Assembly (NCBI GenBank): GCA_907165135.1
Contig: OU015568.1
Span: 11,098,001-11,162,000, forward strand
DNA: 64,000 nt
Reading direction: 5' to 3'
Origin: Oikopleura dioica
Lineage: Eukaryota; Animalia; Chordata
Shown here: piece after piece, positions 23,600 through 36,877 of the stretch
Layout of the letters: the number at the start of each line of letters is the position of its first letter
Position numbering within the stretch: position 1 is the first letter of the stretch
The notes under the pieces: model-generated
Told to the model about the DNA's origin: nothing
What the model saw: only the letters and a program-made list of their open reading frames with translations
Databases searched by the model: none
Program-made: the position numbers and the translations under genes

Positions 23600-24849
23600 C
23601 TACAGGTTAAGATCAGCTCTCCATTCGGTACGGCCCCATTGAATGACAGTTGCCCAAGGGGTGACAGTTCCAGTCTTATCCGTGTACCCAGCAGTGCTGA
23701 AGCAGTTGGACGTGTAGCAGCATTGTCTACAGTAAGATCGTTGGTTCCTGTTATATTTAGTTTCTGGCTTGCATTTGGTGAAAGCATCATACACAGGAGA
23801 TGCGTCACGCGCAGCGGCGACAACAGGATCGTCTGAGTAAAGATTTAGGATAGTCGGCAACGTCAAGGCCAATTGGCAGTTTTTGATAGCCGGCTATATT
23901 TTCCGTCAATTTTAATCAATTATGACTTACTCAGATAATCCCAGAAGTTTTCCATTTTAGCCCGCTGGCAGGCATCCGCCTGTTTACACCCCATACATAT
24001 ATTTCTCATCTGTCCATTTTCCTCGGTTACCTCCGTCATACAGCTGCCGTAATCGCCTAAGATCCGGTGAAGAGAAAGTTTTTCGAGGGAAAAATAGAAC
24101 GTTTCTTTCACCTTCCCTGTATGACATTCCTTCTCCATTCCATTGTTGAAGCAGTCTGTCAAGCTTGATTCGTCGCAATGCCAGCATTTCCAGTTCTGAA
24201 TATCTGTTATTTTGCTATCAAGAGAAGGATGATACAGAAGTGTAAGTTGTTGACGTTGTCGTAGCAATAACAGTGGAAGCAACTGTAGAGGTAGCAGCAG
24301 TGATTGGCGCAAAGTATCGAGCTCCAAGAGAGTCAAGAAGTGATCCTTGATCGTTTTCCTCTGGCTCCTCATACTCTTCAAGCACTTCCTCGACTTCTTC
24401 AAGATAGATGTTATCGTCCTCGTACACATCGAGCTGCATAAAATCGTCGTCATTAAGGCTAGACACTGAGGAACTTTGGCTAGCAGAGCTTGAGTCAGAG
24501 CTGGCATCAGCGGCAAATAAGTCAAGGACACTTGCTAGATCTAATGTCTTCTCCGGTTCTTCTTTTTCATCAGAATAGACGTCATAATAGGTCGGATCAA
24601 AACTAGCTGTGTCTGAATAGCTTGATTCATAACTTTGAAGGGGTTAAAAAACTCAAATCAACGACATATTAAATAGCTTTTTTATTAACCCTTGCTATCA
24701 GATTTCCAGTCAACGCTGTCGTAATAGGAATCACTATAGCTTTCACTGTCGTAGCTCTCATAGTTTCCGCTATCATAACTTTCACTTGTGTAACTTCCGT
24801 AATCGTATTGGGCAAAAGAAACGCCGACAAAAATACTGAATGTCTTCAT
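23600..24849 (-). CDS. Secreted protein: signal peptide, Tyr/Ser/Asp-rich acidic region, Thr-rich linker, 12-Cys three-finger (Ly6/uPAR-like) domain
   Basis: MKTFSIFVGVSFAQYDYGSYTSESYDSGNYESYD...; TAATSTVASTVIATTTSTT; CWHCDESSLTDC...C...SCMTE...CMGCKQADAC...C...CRQCCYTSNC. Confidence 0.75.
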
Positions 24850-25170
24850 TTTGAAATAGAGTGCTTAAAATTGGGGAGATTATATATGTTCGATAGAACT
24901 CAAGAACCGCAGTGATATTTTAAAGATCTTGCTTTCTGGGAAAATTATTTTCGCTAAAAATAGCAAGGTTTGCTCAAATTGCTGAATTGCGGATTTTTCT
25001 AATCCCCTTTGACTTGCGTCATCAAAAAATCGGTGATTTGAAATCCCCATATCTATTTTTGGAAAAGGGAAAAAAGGAATTATCGAGAATTTTTTTTTTC
25101 TTTTCCTTCATTTATTCAAAACAGGTTTTCCCGAGAAAAGCACATCTTCATTTTTCACTTTTTGGCAACA

Positions 25171-26076
25171 ATGGCATACACTTACATCCATCGACAATTT
25201 GTCCAACCAGGATCTTGGGGATGTCTCTTCTGCAAAGGATTTACAGAACAAATGTCAGACGGCAAATGCATGAAATGCTTGTACTCTGAGTACGGAAATC
25301 ATGTTGGAAGTCTGAGAGGGATCAAAACTGAAAGCAGAGGTATTAGGTCCGCAGAGAATTTCCTTGACTGGATATTTTAGTTTTTTCGACAACCAGATTT
25401 CTGCTCTGTCCTTTTCGATCCTGCAGCTCTGTTTTGACACTCGCGGAATTCAACAATAGTAACTGCTGTCCGGAAGAAAAGAAACGTAAAGGAAAGGCTC
25501 ACGAATCATGTTATTTATGATGAAAATTTTTTTATGATATTTTTCTATATATATTTCAAAATATATCGATCAGCTGACTAAGTGAATTTCGAAACATTTG
25601 AGGAGGCCAAAAAGCAGCTAGAATATGCAGACCAAGCTGTAAGGGGTAAGCTAAAGCACTTTCGAAACAGAAGATTTATAATCACTTTTAAGATGCTGAG
25701 GCGTACCGGGTCCAAGTGCGCGCAAGGGTTGCCCTACTTGCTGAGCAATTCAAGAGTCTCTTTCATGACAATGGTACATCATCCAACTGAAATGATCTCA
25801 GTCGTCAATTTTTAGATGAGCTTGCGCCCCAGTGTGCAATTTGCCTGCAGACCTACAACAAAGAAGACCGATTCGAAGCCGCCCTCAAAAGCTGCGGACA
25901 TCGTGGTTGCTTGAAGGAAAAGTTTTAAAGGAACATAAAGCGTTTCATTTGCTTATTCTTTGAAAACTCCGAAAAAGTGTCTCAGAAGGCTCGCTTTTAA
26001 CTGCACCCTTGATGAGCGGACATGTCCTCACTGCTACGAGCCCTTCAACGAAGATGATATCATGAAGCTCTACTAA
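25171..26076 (+). CDS. C3HC4 RING-finger protein with an N-terminal CxxC...CxxC motif
   Basis: Last exons give CAICLQ...CGHRGCLK|CL...CPHCYEPF when joined across GA-AG intron 25917-25977. First exon has CLFC and CMKC. Confidence 0.75.
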
Positions 26077-26271
26077 CTCCTGTTTTCTCCGTTTGTATCT
26101 GCCAAAAATAAACATATCTTTAAATGAAATTTAAATATGAATGTTTATTCGGAAATTGGAATCAACCACGCAGGCGCATTGAACAGAAAATTATTAAACT
26201 TGAGAAATAGGCGGAAGTATTGCACAATTAGGTAACATCAGATGATTCGTATAAATGATAGTTTGCAGCTT

Positions 26272-29181
26272 TCAAATAAGAGGAGACTCGTCAGCACTTA
26301 GAAACTGGCTCACAAATTGGACGCTTTTTCTTCTTTCCAAATCTGCTTTTTCGCCTTCAATAGTGTTCAATTAAACCATATTTCGTAGAAACTTACGATT
26401 ATGAAGAGGAATTTCAGGGCGTAAAATGCATCCAGCAAATAGTCCTGCTAGGAATTCACTAGTACATCCATTGATGCTACCATGTTTGAGAACTTCTTTC
26501 AGGAACATTATCTAAAGAAAGTTGTTCGCTGAATGATGAGATATGGAGACTTACTAGATATTGAAAGTTGTTTTGCGACCTGAGGTCGAGCTTTTCAACG
26601 AGATTTTTACAGAGCCTCAGGTCGTCCACGATGTCGAGGCAAAGTTCAAAGTGCGAAAAAGGGATGATTGGGAAGGGATTCGAATTGAGGAAGAGCAACA
26701 ATACTTCTGCCACGGAAGCAACTGAACCTGGAAGTGCCTCGATCTGAAAGCAGTTTACACTGGTCACATTCAATTGATGCTTACATCGCCAACAACTTGT
26801 TCACCGTCGAGTGTGTCAATGATCGCCCTGACTTCATCAGGATCTCCATTGATTTGGAACAGCTGCTTTTCTGTAAATCCGTGGTTAACGATGTGATTCA
26901 GTAAGACGTAGAAAGCAGGTGGGTGGAAATTCTGCTCCCTCATTGAAGAATCGTTTGAAGAGTTCTTTTCTGCTTTTACTGAAGAAAAAATATAAAGGTC
27001 CACGATTAATGTCGAAAATACCTAATTGATTGAGAACTAGAGAAGTCGCCGGATATTCTAGTGATGAAATAGAAACGTCTTTGAAGAATGAATGTGTAAG
27101 AGCAATGAATGGCATTCCAAACGCCGAGTATGTCCAGTTTCCGGAAAGAGTTATGTAATGATCAGGGCCGTTTTTCAACTTGAGGATGAGAATGAGATCG
27201 TCGAGGGGATTCACGAACTTGTCCCCTTGCTTCACACCAAAGTTGAACTTTGAGACGACTTCTTTATTGATGTTGAGATCGAACGTTATTGTACAAATTG
27301 AGGCATCTCCACTATCTGGCGGTAAGATTCCCTGAAGATAACCTCAAATCATGGATTTTCATAGCAATTTACCTTATTTGGATCGATCGACAAGCCAATG
27401 TTTGAATTAAAAGCTTCGTAGATGTCCTTGTCCGGCGAGAACACTTTCGAATCGATGATCTGAAACTGGGCAGGAGTCTTTCCCGTATTCTGCAATTGAA
27501 TATTCGCCGTCGCTCGTTCCAAAAATTTCAGCTTTCCAAAGTCGATTGCTTTGCTTGAAACAGCCACTTGCGGAATAAGCTCATTCTCGTGCTTGTCTAG
27601 CCAACTGGTAACTTCTTTGTACACGGAGTAGTAGATTTCTTTGTTGATCTTTTCGGTTCGGGCAATGAAACTGGCGGAGATTGGTTTGTGGTCAGAAATG
27701 GTTATTGAAGGATGTGAAGAATAAGACAGACATTCTACTGCTTCTTGTTCTTTCGACAGCCATAGAATTCTATCAGTGTAGGCAGGTATTCTATTCTTCG
27801 GACTACTGTCATAATTATTCGTTCCAGTATCGAATTTATAGGTCGGCTTGAATGTAATCGGCGCCTCGGAGAATCCCTTGAAGATTTTTCCCGCTCCCAT
27901 TTCTGCTTTTAACTGATCAGCTGGGAGCAGAAGAGAAATATCGTCGCCCTGGCAGATGTAACGCACGTCGTCGTTAGGCATGTCGAGGCGATAATTAAGA
28001 TCGCCGAGCCAGAAAACGCGGTCATGGTCAAGAATGGGAAGACGATGGGGAAAATCTGTACGACGACGGACGGACTCGTAGTCTTGGTTGCGCTTTTTCA
28101 CTGCGTGCTTAGCAATTATTTATCGTCTTGTTATTGAATTGTTGAGAAGTCTCAACAATTGACAGGCAATCAAATGATAGACAGTCTGGATGTCTGTTTG
28201 AAAGACAAGGTTTACCTGATGCGCAGCCAGATGAGAAGTAACAAAGCAAAAGCTGGTTTCGTGCACCCTCAAGCTAACCGAACACGCTCCCTTGTTTCCA
28301 AAAGTGCCCATCAGTCCACAGCCAACATTGGCAGTGTACACTTTTGAAATAGCGGGTCTAATCGACTTCGAGCAAAAGATCATTATGTACATTCCGACTA
28401 GCCGTTCGTCTGCAATCAGTTGGAAATCGATGTCGTACTTTCTGAGGGATTGTTTGACGGAGCTCTTCCACCATTCCTGACATTTTTGGTACTTTTCGGA
28501 CTCTTTGGCGTTGACATATTCGCTGAAATAGGCGTCTGCGTCTAGTTGGAGTTCCTTTTTAACGATAAAATAGCTGTTCAGCGGTCAGATCATCAATACA
28601 AAAACGAAGGGCTTTAGTATTTTTCCGATTTCCTGAATTCCAACAACAATAATATCGGGTGTTTTCTCCCTGAGTAGCCACTGATCAAGCGCTTCTTTGG
28701 GTTCCTTTCCATTCACGTTGAAGCTGCCGGTCAATATATTAACCTAATATTGCAAGGTTATCAGATAACCTCTTTAATCAAGCGAGATTCGCTTAAAGAA
28801 TATGAAAATGTAGCTGCGATCGATTCTAATTTGGAAAGACAAATGAGTACTTACGTCACAAGGGGATGAATATTCCGACTTTCGCTTTCGAAGGTAGTAA
28901 TCCAGTAATTGTCTATCATCTGGATCTTCAGACCTGAAGGAAGATTCTTCCGAAATCGACGGCGTTGGCGGAGCGCGGGACGGCCTTCAGCGGATTTGAG
29001 AATCATTAAATCGAAGAAATTCCATTTTAGCCTGAGAATCATCAAAATTATCTTCATTCGGAATCGACGATCTTTCAAAATCCTTCCTAATTCTTTCTAT
29101 TCCACCGGAATCCGTGCCAACAGCTTTCGAGTAGCTATCACTTTTACCCCCAGTTCCAGATTTTCTCCTTCTCAATCTCAT
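26272..29181 (-). CDS. OCRL: Inositol polyphosphate 5-phosphatase, OCRL/INPP5B family (5-phosphatase, ASH, RhoGAP-like domains)
   Basis: GSFNVNGK, IIVVGIQE, GNKGAC, FVTSHLAAH, FWLGDLNYR, PTYKFD...RIPAYTDRILW, SDHKPI, LILKLKNGPDHYITLSG and C-terminal RhoGAP-like exons. Confidence 0.92.
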
Positions 29182-29655
29182 ATTTATCAAATGAATAATC
29201 TACTAACAATAAAAAGGGAAATGAATAATAACTGTAATGCAAATAAAATGAGAAAAAATCACGAACTAATCATCAAAAATCACATTTCTCTAAAATTAAG
29301 ACTTTATCTAGAACCGTTTCCTTCTGTTGATCATCTTCTTTCTACTCTCTTGACATTTGGAGAAGATTGGATTTAGAATTTTTCACTTTTTTTCGCGATT
29401 TTATTTTTTCTGAGCCGCGGCGCGATGACCAGAATTGAAAATTGTGAAAAGGAAAAGCGCGTAGGTCGCTCGTTTTTCCCATTCCCTCTGTCTTTTCAGT
29501 CGTTTTCTGAAAGAAAAATCACTGAAGAGAAAACTTCGTTTTGTTTAATTTGTGACTAGAACTCGTTTCTCGCTGGCCGAGCTATTTGTAAAAGAATTTA
29601 TTATTAAAAATTATATCTAATCGTTATTTATTATTTTCAGATAATGTAAATCGCC

Positions 29656-32600
29656 ATGACTCGATCATTATTCCTCAAACAAGCGCAAGAATTTCTTCTT
29701 TCCTGGGCCCGATGTGTTGAATTTATCCCTGATCTGGAAGAAATAACCTCTATCGCTGACGATTTCTATCCAAAACTATTGTCAGAAAGCGACGAAAATG
29801 ACATCGGAATCGCCCATTTGATTTGTACTTCCGGACCTGAATGGCTCCTGGAAATAATCATCAAGCACCCGGGACTGTATCTTGGACCAGATCGCGAAAA
29901 TGGCTGGAATCCTGCACATAGAGCCGCTTACTTTGGAAACATGCGCGCTCTCAAGACTTTATATACTTTCGACAAGAAGCTTTTTCATCTTACAGATTTC
30001 ACAGGAGCCACTGCTGTCGATTTTCTGACCGAGCAGAGTCTTACTCACTGTGATTACGAGACGAGCAGAAGACAACTACAGACATGGGGGCAGAATCAAA
30101 ACTATACGCTAGGAAGTTCTTCCGAAGCAGCAAGAAGGTACCCCGGTATGTTGCTTGTCGAATTACGGCCCCATTTTTCGGGGGTGAAAAAATTTGTTAT
30201 AAGTTTAAAGAGAAAATAAATAAACTTTTTATGTTCTCCGAGTTTTCATTGAGAAATATTATATAGTCGTTTGATTCTTTAGTGTTATGGCTTTGATAAT
30301 TTACATAAGTCTGACTAGAGTCATTTTAAACATACTCTCGAAAAACCATATTATGAAAAACTTGTAATTATGTTTAAAAATTGATAAATTATCCATCCCT
30401 CGATTTTCATCATGTATTTTTACTCCCAATATTTTCAACCCTTAGGTATGGGTTCTTTATTCAAACCGAGCTTATCGACCCTAAAATATAGGGTTCAGAA
30501 ATATGTGCTATGTTTTTAATGCTTGGGAGCTATTTTATGCTGAGATATTTTAAGGTTACAACGTTGATTCTTTTTTAAATTGAAAAAGGAGCTTCAAGGT
30601 CAAACTCTTATGGTTTGCTTCAGACATCATCCAGTTGCCAAAGAACACGGTCGTCGTCCACGCCAGTTTCTCCAAGTTCCATGGAATCTGCCTCGACTCG
30701 CTAGGGAAGGTCTATTCTTGGGGCGTTCAATCCAACCAAAAAGGTCGCCTAGGTTATCCATCTCCACCGGCTGTTCTCAATCCAAAGCGAATCATATTTC
30801 CTGAAGCAGTAAAGATCTCCTACGTCGCGACCAGCGATAACCATTCCGTCTTGATTAGCGACAACGGCAGAGCGTATGTCTTTGGATCCAATTCTCACGG
30901 ACAGCTGGGCCTCGGCGCTGATACTCAGTTTGTCGAATCTCCACGGTTGGTGCATGTGATGAATAGAAAAGCAAAAGTTCAAAACTTCACAAAAGCCGCT
31001 GCGGGAGTTTTTCATTCAGCTCTTATCAATGGAAACGATGTCTACACATGTGGACGAGATATTGGCCAGCTCGGACATGGGAAAGGGTCGATAAACTGTG
31101 AAAAGATGCTTTGATTATTATTAAAGTTCACCCTTGAAAGATTGATTAACAAGAAGTACGATGTTTTCACTAAGATCGCCTCTCTTGAAGATTGTGGAGA
31201 AATCACGAAAGTAGTGTCTACCGATGCTGCTATTGCAGTTCTAGCGTCACGTTCATTCACCTCTCAAGATGGAAGAAAATCGGGAGATGTTTGGCTGATT
31301 GAAAACGGGGATTCGCGGAAGGTGCTAAAAGTCGATGGAATCATTGAAATGTCGATATCTGGAGGGAGGACGAAAAAGTCAGCTGACTGTAGTTGGCGAA
31401 GCTCTGAACCGAGTATCGTTGTCTTGAGCAGAGTTCAGGCAGCGAAGAATCGGCAATACGGATATATACACATCTGGAAGCCGAGCTTTGGCTATTTCAG
31501 TCCGAGATCAATTTGCTTCAACGATCCGCCACCAGGAATCTTTCCAATCGTATCTGCCTCCATCTTTGAATGCGGCGAGAGGATCCTTCTGGCTGGAAAC
31601 GACGGTCAATGCTATATCGCAAAATACTCAAAAGAAAAGGTTGAAAAGTACGATGCCGCGTATATTGACAAAAGAGTAAAAGAGAATCAAAAGTCCATTT
31701 GCTTCTACATTCAAGCTGAAATGAAAGACCCGAAACCAGCGGATATCTACGAGTTAGAAAGAATTCATGGGGCATCACATGTTTCAAAAGTTTTTGCAGA
31801 AGAGAATGGAAGGACTTTTGCGCTTCTCCGAGCTCTTCCAAAAGTTGGAAAACCGACAGAAAATGATCTAGAGGAAGCTCAGTCGTGTGATTTGGTTGAT
31901 GATTTACTGGGATATTATAAAAGCGGAGGTAGTGGTGGAGATTTGATTCTTAACTTTCAATTCTTCGTCGATAAGGATTTGTTCCTTCTTCGTTTTGGAG
32001 ACAAAGATTTGAGCAATGAAGATATCTCTGAGGAAGATATTTGGAAAATCTATCATAATGTGCCTATCTCATCCGGAGCTCTTGAATCACCGCCCGTGGA
32101 ATTAAGAAGGCTACCAGAAAACGTGACAATTAAATGTATCGATGGAGAAATTAAGGCTAACAATCTCATCCTCCTCGCTAGATCTGAATACTTCCGGGCA
32201 ATGTTTGGTGCTGGCGTCTCTTGGAAAGAAAGCAGCTCGCTCGAAGTTGAGCTCGAGGTGCAGCTGGAGATAATGCGCAGCTTTATCGAGTTTTGCTACA
32301 CGGATGAGCTTCCCTCAGCATCAGAGTCTATTGGACAACTATTGGTGCTTTCTGATCGCTTTCTCGCGCAATCATTGAGGTCAAAATGTGAGAATGCTCT
32401 GGCGATCGTTTTGAATACAGAAATTTGTCCGAAGTTGGCGATGAGCTTGTTCGGTTTCGCTCTGGAAACTGGTGCTCATTATTTAGCGTCTAAATGTGCG
32501 AAGATCCTGGTACCAAATCTTGTAGTTCTCTTAGAAACTGGCGGCCTGGATGCTTTGTCCCTCGACGAACTAGAGGCTCTCAGCGCATTCTATCAAGAAG

Positions 32601-33545
32601 AAGTCTTCGCGCAAGTAGAGAGAAAGATGAATGAAAACGACGAGTTGGAACTTTCGAATCCTGAAATACTTCAACAACTAGTCAGAGAATGCAAGCTTCT
32701 AATGAAATCGCCGAAATCACGGAGACCAAGTCGAAAAATCTCCGAGAAATCTGACATCTCCGCAAATTCTCCGCTAACGCCGCTGAAAGAGCTGTCTGAA
32801 AGTCTCGAAAGCACTTCAATCACTCCAAAAAGTAAATCTCGTCCACAGGTAAACTACTTTTCTGCTCTAAAATACATCAGTTGAACAATCTTAGCGTACA
32901 CGACTAGATTTGACTTCGCCCTCTCCTCAGCGAATCTTATCTCCTACCTCGCCGAAAAGCTGGGGTGATATCACTTCCCCACGGACTCCAAGTGGCAGCT
33001 TTTCGCTGAGAGACATTATCGAAGAAGATGCAAAGACCACGACTCCTACAAGGCCCGTGAAAATCAAAGGAGCCTTTACTCCTATCAGGCGAAAACACGC
33101 CAAGGGCCAAGACTTGGTTCGTGAAGAACGCGAGCGAGCTCAACAAGCAGCTTCTTTTTCTCCTCAATCTCCATGGGGAAAAGCGCGGCCTGTCAAGATC
33201 CAAGACCCATGCATTGGCGATCCCTTTCCTTCTCCGAGCACTTCATTCACCGTCAAATCTCCTAGCCAGCTAACTTCCTCGCCGGTTGTTTCAAATACAG
33301 ATCGACTCGATGAAATCATCAGGTAATAGAAAAGTTTAAGCGGGCTTCCTTAGCTTTTTAGAAAACAATCAGCTGCAGAGCAAAATCGAAAGAAGGTCAA
33401 ATCAAAGTCATTGAAAACTATCAATATAGAAGAGCGAGCAATAGAAGAATTAAAAGCAATGTACGCAGAAAAATTTCCTTACGACATCATTACTGTCAAA
33501 CGTGCGCATCTCGATGTCAGCGCGCCTGTTTGGACAAAATCCTGA
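29656..33545 (+). CDS. IBTK: Inhibitor of Bruton tyrosine kinase-like (ankyrin, RCC1 repeats, BTB)
   Basis: DRENGWNPAHRAAYFG (ankyrin), TWGQNQNYTLG, FSKFH..., FGSNSHGQLG (RCC1), LARSEYFRAMF..SWKES (BTB) and C-terminal KSLKTINIEERAIEELKAMY. Confidence 0.9.
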
Positions 33546-33614
33546 CTTAAAATCCTGTTTATGCTACATTGTGTAGCATTCTGAATTCTAGCGGTCACGT
33601 ATCTCAACTAAACG

Positions 33615-35090
33615 ATGAGCTCTTTCAGAATGGTAAAGGAGGAGAGTAAAGTCCGACGTATTTACTCCACAGCGATCCTAATCTTCTCGTTTGTCGCGCT
33701 TGGGATGTCGACGGCAATGATAGGACCAGCTCTTCCAGATCTTGCATTCAAAACGCATCACTCGACGAAGGATTACACGAGTGTCTTCATGGCCCGGGCT
33801 TTCGGCTTCCTTATTGGTGTTGTTATTGGTGGAAAAGTATCTGACAAAAAAGATGAAATGGCCGTCACTGGATTAGCGATTCTACTCTGTGGTGCGTTTC
33901 TGTTCTTCCTGGGCACCTTGCCGACGTTGATGCTAGTTTCGGTCGTTATTCTTGCAGAAGGTTTCGCAATGGGAATTTTGGATACTGTTGGAAATATCGT
34001 GGCTTTGAGACTCTGGCCAACAGACAAGCATGAAGCTACTCAAAAGTCGGTTATGCAAGCACTTCATGCGGGATTTGCAGTTGGAGGCGTTCTTTGCCCC
34101 GTTATTGCAAGACCTTTTTTGGGTGAGTATCGAGTTGATGGAGACAACGTAGCCGATGTGCTCAAAGACGGTGAAGATTCTTCTACTGATATTCTCGAAT
34201 GGGAAGTTGTCACACCTGGACGGCTAGATGTTCTCTTTAAAATCGTCGGGAGTTGCGTCATCGCTTGTTCAGTGCTTTTCCTAGCGGAGTTTGTCACATC
34301 CCGCCGACCATGGACCAGGGATCAAGGAGAGTCAAAAGAAGTTGCAGAGAACGCCGCTCTCTCCAAGTTACAAACTAGATTCTCTTGGCTTTTATTTTCA
34401 TTCTTCGTTCTTTGCGTTGGCTCAGAGATTTCCTTCGCTCAGTTTATTTATAGCTACGCTCAGAGAAATTTAGGACCGGGTTCTAAGAGAGGTCCATTAA
34501 GCTTCATCATCAAATCACTTGAACCGCAAAAAGCCCCACAACTTAACTCGTCGACAACGAACTTTATCCAGTCAATCGCTGAGCGCGATGATCCCGTTCG
34601 ATATTTGTCTTCAACTGCAACTTTTATGTTCTGGATGGGATTCACGCTCTTTCGAATCATCGCCATCGTCCAGAGCCGATTTATGAAGCCTGGGACGATG
34701 CTTTGGATGAATCTTGGTGGCTGTATCATAACCTCTGCTGGATTGATTTTTGTTAAAGCTATAGAACCGTGCTTGATTTTAACCTTTTTCTATGGCGCCT
34801 CGATGGGTAAGTCTTTGTTGAGTTACAATTTTAGCATTTTTCAAGCGAATACCTTTCCTTCCGCCTTCAATCTTGCTGCGTCGTATATGGAGCTAGACGG
34901 AGCGATGGCATCCAAATTCGTCGTTGGATCAGCAATCGGATGGATGACCCTCCCTTCCCTCTGTATCGCGGTGATGGACAATTTCAGCAAGATCCTTCCC
35001 ACTGTTACTTTCGTTTCTGCCATTTTATCTTCTGTAATTATGCTGTTTACCCAAAGAATGGGTGAGCGTTTTCTCGCTAATAAGATCTAA
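33615..35090 (+). CDS. Major facilitator superfamily transporter (MFSD4/NaGLT1-like); probable in-frame 39-nt intron at 34807-34845
   Basis: About 12 hydrophobic segments; GPALPDL, GFAMGILDTVGN, MQALHAGFAVGGVLCPVIARPFL and FWMGFTLFR motifs. Confidence 0.85.
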   Translation: MSSFRMVKEESKVRRIYSTAILIFSFVALGMSTAMIGPALPDLAFKTHHSTKDYTSVFMARAFGFLIGVVIGGKVSDKKDEMAVTGLAILLCGAFLFFLGTLPTLMLVSVVILAEGFAMGILDTVGNIVALRLWPTDKHEATQKSVMQALHAGFAVGGVLCPVIARPFLGEYRVDGDNVADVLKDGEDSSTDILEWEVVTPGRLDVLFKIVGSCVIACSVLFLAEFVTSRRPWTRDQGESKEVAENAALSKLQTRFSWLLFSFFVLCVGSEISFAQFIYSYAQRNLGPGSKRGPLSFIIKSLEPQKAPQLNSSTTNFIQSIAERDDPVRYLSSTATFMFWMGFTLFRIIAIVQSRFMKPGTMLWMNLGGCIITSAGLIFVKAIEPCLILTFFYGASMGKSLLSYNFSIFQANTFPSAFNLAASYMELDGAMASKFVVGSAIGWMTLPSLCIAVMDNFSKILPTVTFVSAILSSVIMLFTQRMGERFLANKI

Positions 35091-35217
35091 TTATCTCGCT
35101 TTCCCCTCTCTAACCATGAAAGTGTTAAAACATAGTTCCAATAATTCATGAATACAGTTATATTTATCATTCAAAAACTTTACTTCAATTTTGTTTTTGA
35201 AGAAGTCGGATGAGAAA

Positions 35218-36877
35218 ATGTCCCGGCTCTATACTTCCGTGAACTTTGTAGAGTTGAAAGCTCTAAAGATGAATCTGAGGCGGAAATCAGCTGATGGGTT
35301 CGCCATTCCTACTCATTACGGTCATTCATGGGCGACTTACAATGGAATCTTTCAGTCACCGACAAACTGTTACTCGAAATCGGCGAAGGCGATCGGATAC
35401 AAAGTGAATAAAATTTTCAGACTTGATTTTCTGATACGAAGATGTCTTTCAGGAACGGATCAAAGCTTCTTTCCTTTTCATAGCTCGATTTTGTGGAGAT
35501 CCAAAAAAGGTCCACTTACTAATGATGCAGTACAGGCCATCAATAACTTCGTAAATCAGCGGGAAGATCTTCTATCGACAAGTGTTGAAGACTTAGAAAA
35601 ATCATTATTACTTTATCTTTGCTGGACAAATCTAAAAAACTTTTGCCCTCTAACTGGGAGAGTAAAGCGAAAGGAAATGATAGGTCCGGTTGAATCTTTT
35701 CTTGATCGTTTTGAAGTAAGATTATTCCTTTTATCAATTATTAACGGAAAGTCTAGGCGATCGAACCAAGTGCTCTGCTACAGCTGATGTACATGAACCA
35801 TTCTCAGCTTGTGCCACGCGAAATCATGAATGATCTACTGGAAAGTCTTCATCCATTATTCGAAGAGAGTATTTTTGAGCTTCTTCCAATCTTCAACCCT
35901 AAATGCGGAATGTTCAACTTAGAAGAGACAGTCAACGCAAATCCAGTCAAAGCGCTCTTCATGAATAAATTGAAACAAAATACGGGAGTCTTTGCAGATA
36001 AGAACATCCAGCTCTTCCTCAAGAACCCATCTGTTCCGCTGAAATTCAAGCACAGGCATTTCCAGATGATCTCTTGGATGCTGACTCTGAATTCCGAAGG
36101 AAACAGTACCAGAAAGTCTGATTTATTAAAGAAAATATACGGCTCTCATCTTCAAAGCGACTTGTCCGAACTTACGCTCGCAGAAATGGTCGATTTGTCA
36201 AACATGGTCGGGCTGTATGAGCATGAAGAATACTTTACTGGCGTGGATCAAATTGACGAGCAAACTTCTCTTTATTATCAGTCTTGCACAGTAATAGCGG
36301 TCGATTTTAGAATGTTTCTTAATTATTTAAGGATTCCTGCGCAGGTCTCACGCGATCATCCTTCGCCAAGTTTGTGGATGACGACACGAAGGCAGTAAAC
36401 AACTCAAACTCGGTCCCGCGTGGGGAGGAGGCGTATGAAGCGATGCTCTCTAAGAATATAGAAGAATACCAACGTTCACTTGAAGAAGAAGGCGTTGGTC
36501 AGCTGGAGATCTCGTATAAGACGTTAAAATTTATTTACAAACCGCCAGAAAGCTCTTTTCGGAGGTGGATCGGCAAGAGTGGCGTCCGAAAGAAGTTTAT
36601 AGCGAAAGAAGAAAGGATTATTAAAGACATGTGTTTCGCACTATCGATTAGGAAGAAATTATTGGATATTTTTGTAGAAGATGTGAGAAGGCATCACGAA
36701 GATAGTTATCACCTGTCTTTCATTTCTCATTTTATCTCGGATATTTATGAGGAATTGGAGGACAAAGAAAGTTTATTGGAAGATTTAAGAGATATAATAA
36801 GGAATGAGTTTTTATTGTTTCTCACAAAAACACGCGGAACCATGAAATCGAGGCATGAAAAAAACTCTTATCAGTAA
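35218..36877 (+). CDS. Uncharacterised multi-exon protein
   Basis: Three long consecutive open frames (35191-35787, 35787-36398, 36374-36877) can be linked by short GT-AG introns. No recognisable family motif. Confidence 0.6.

Noticed and set aside
30149-30622. Long AT-rich IBTK intron with small palindromes as a transposon
   Set aside because: No terminal inverted repeats or target duplication were found.
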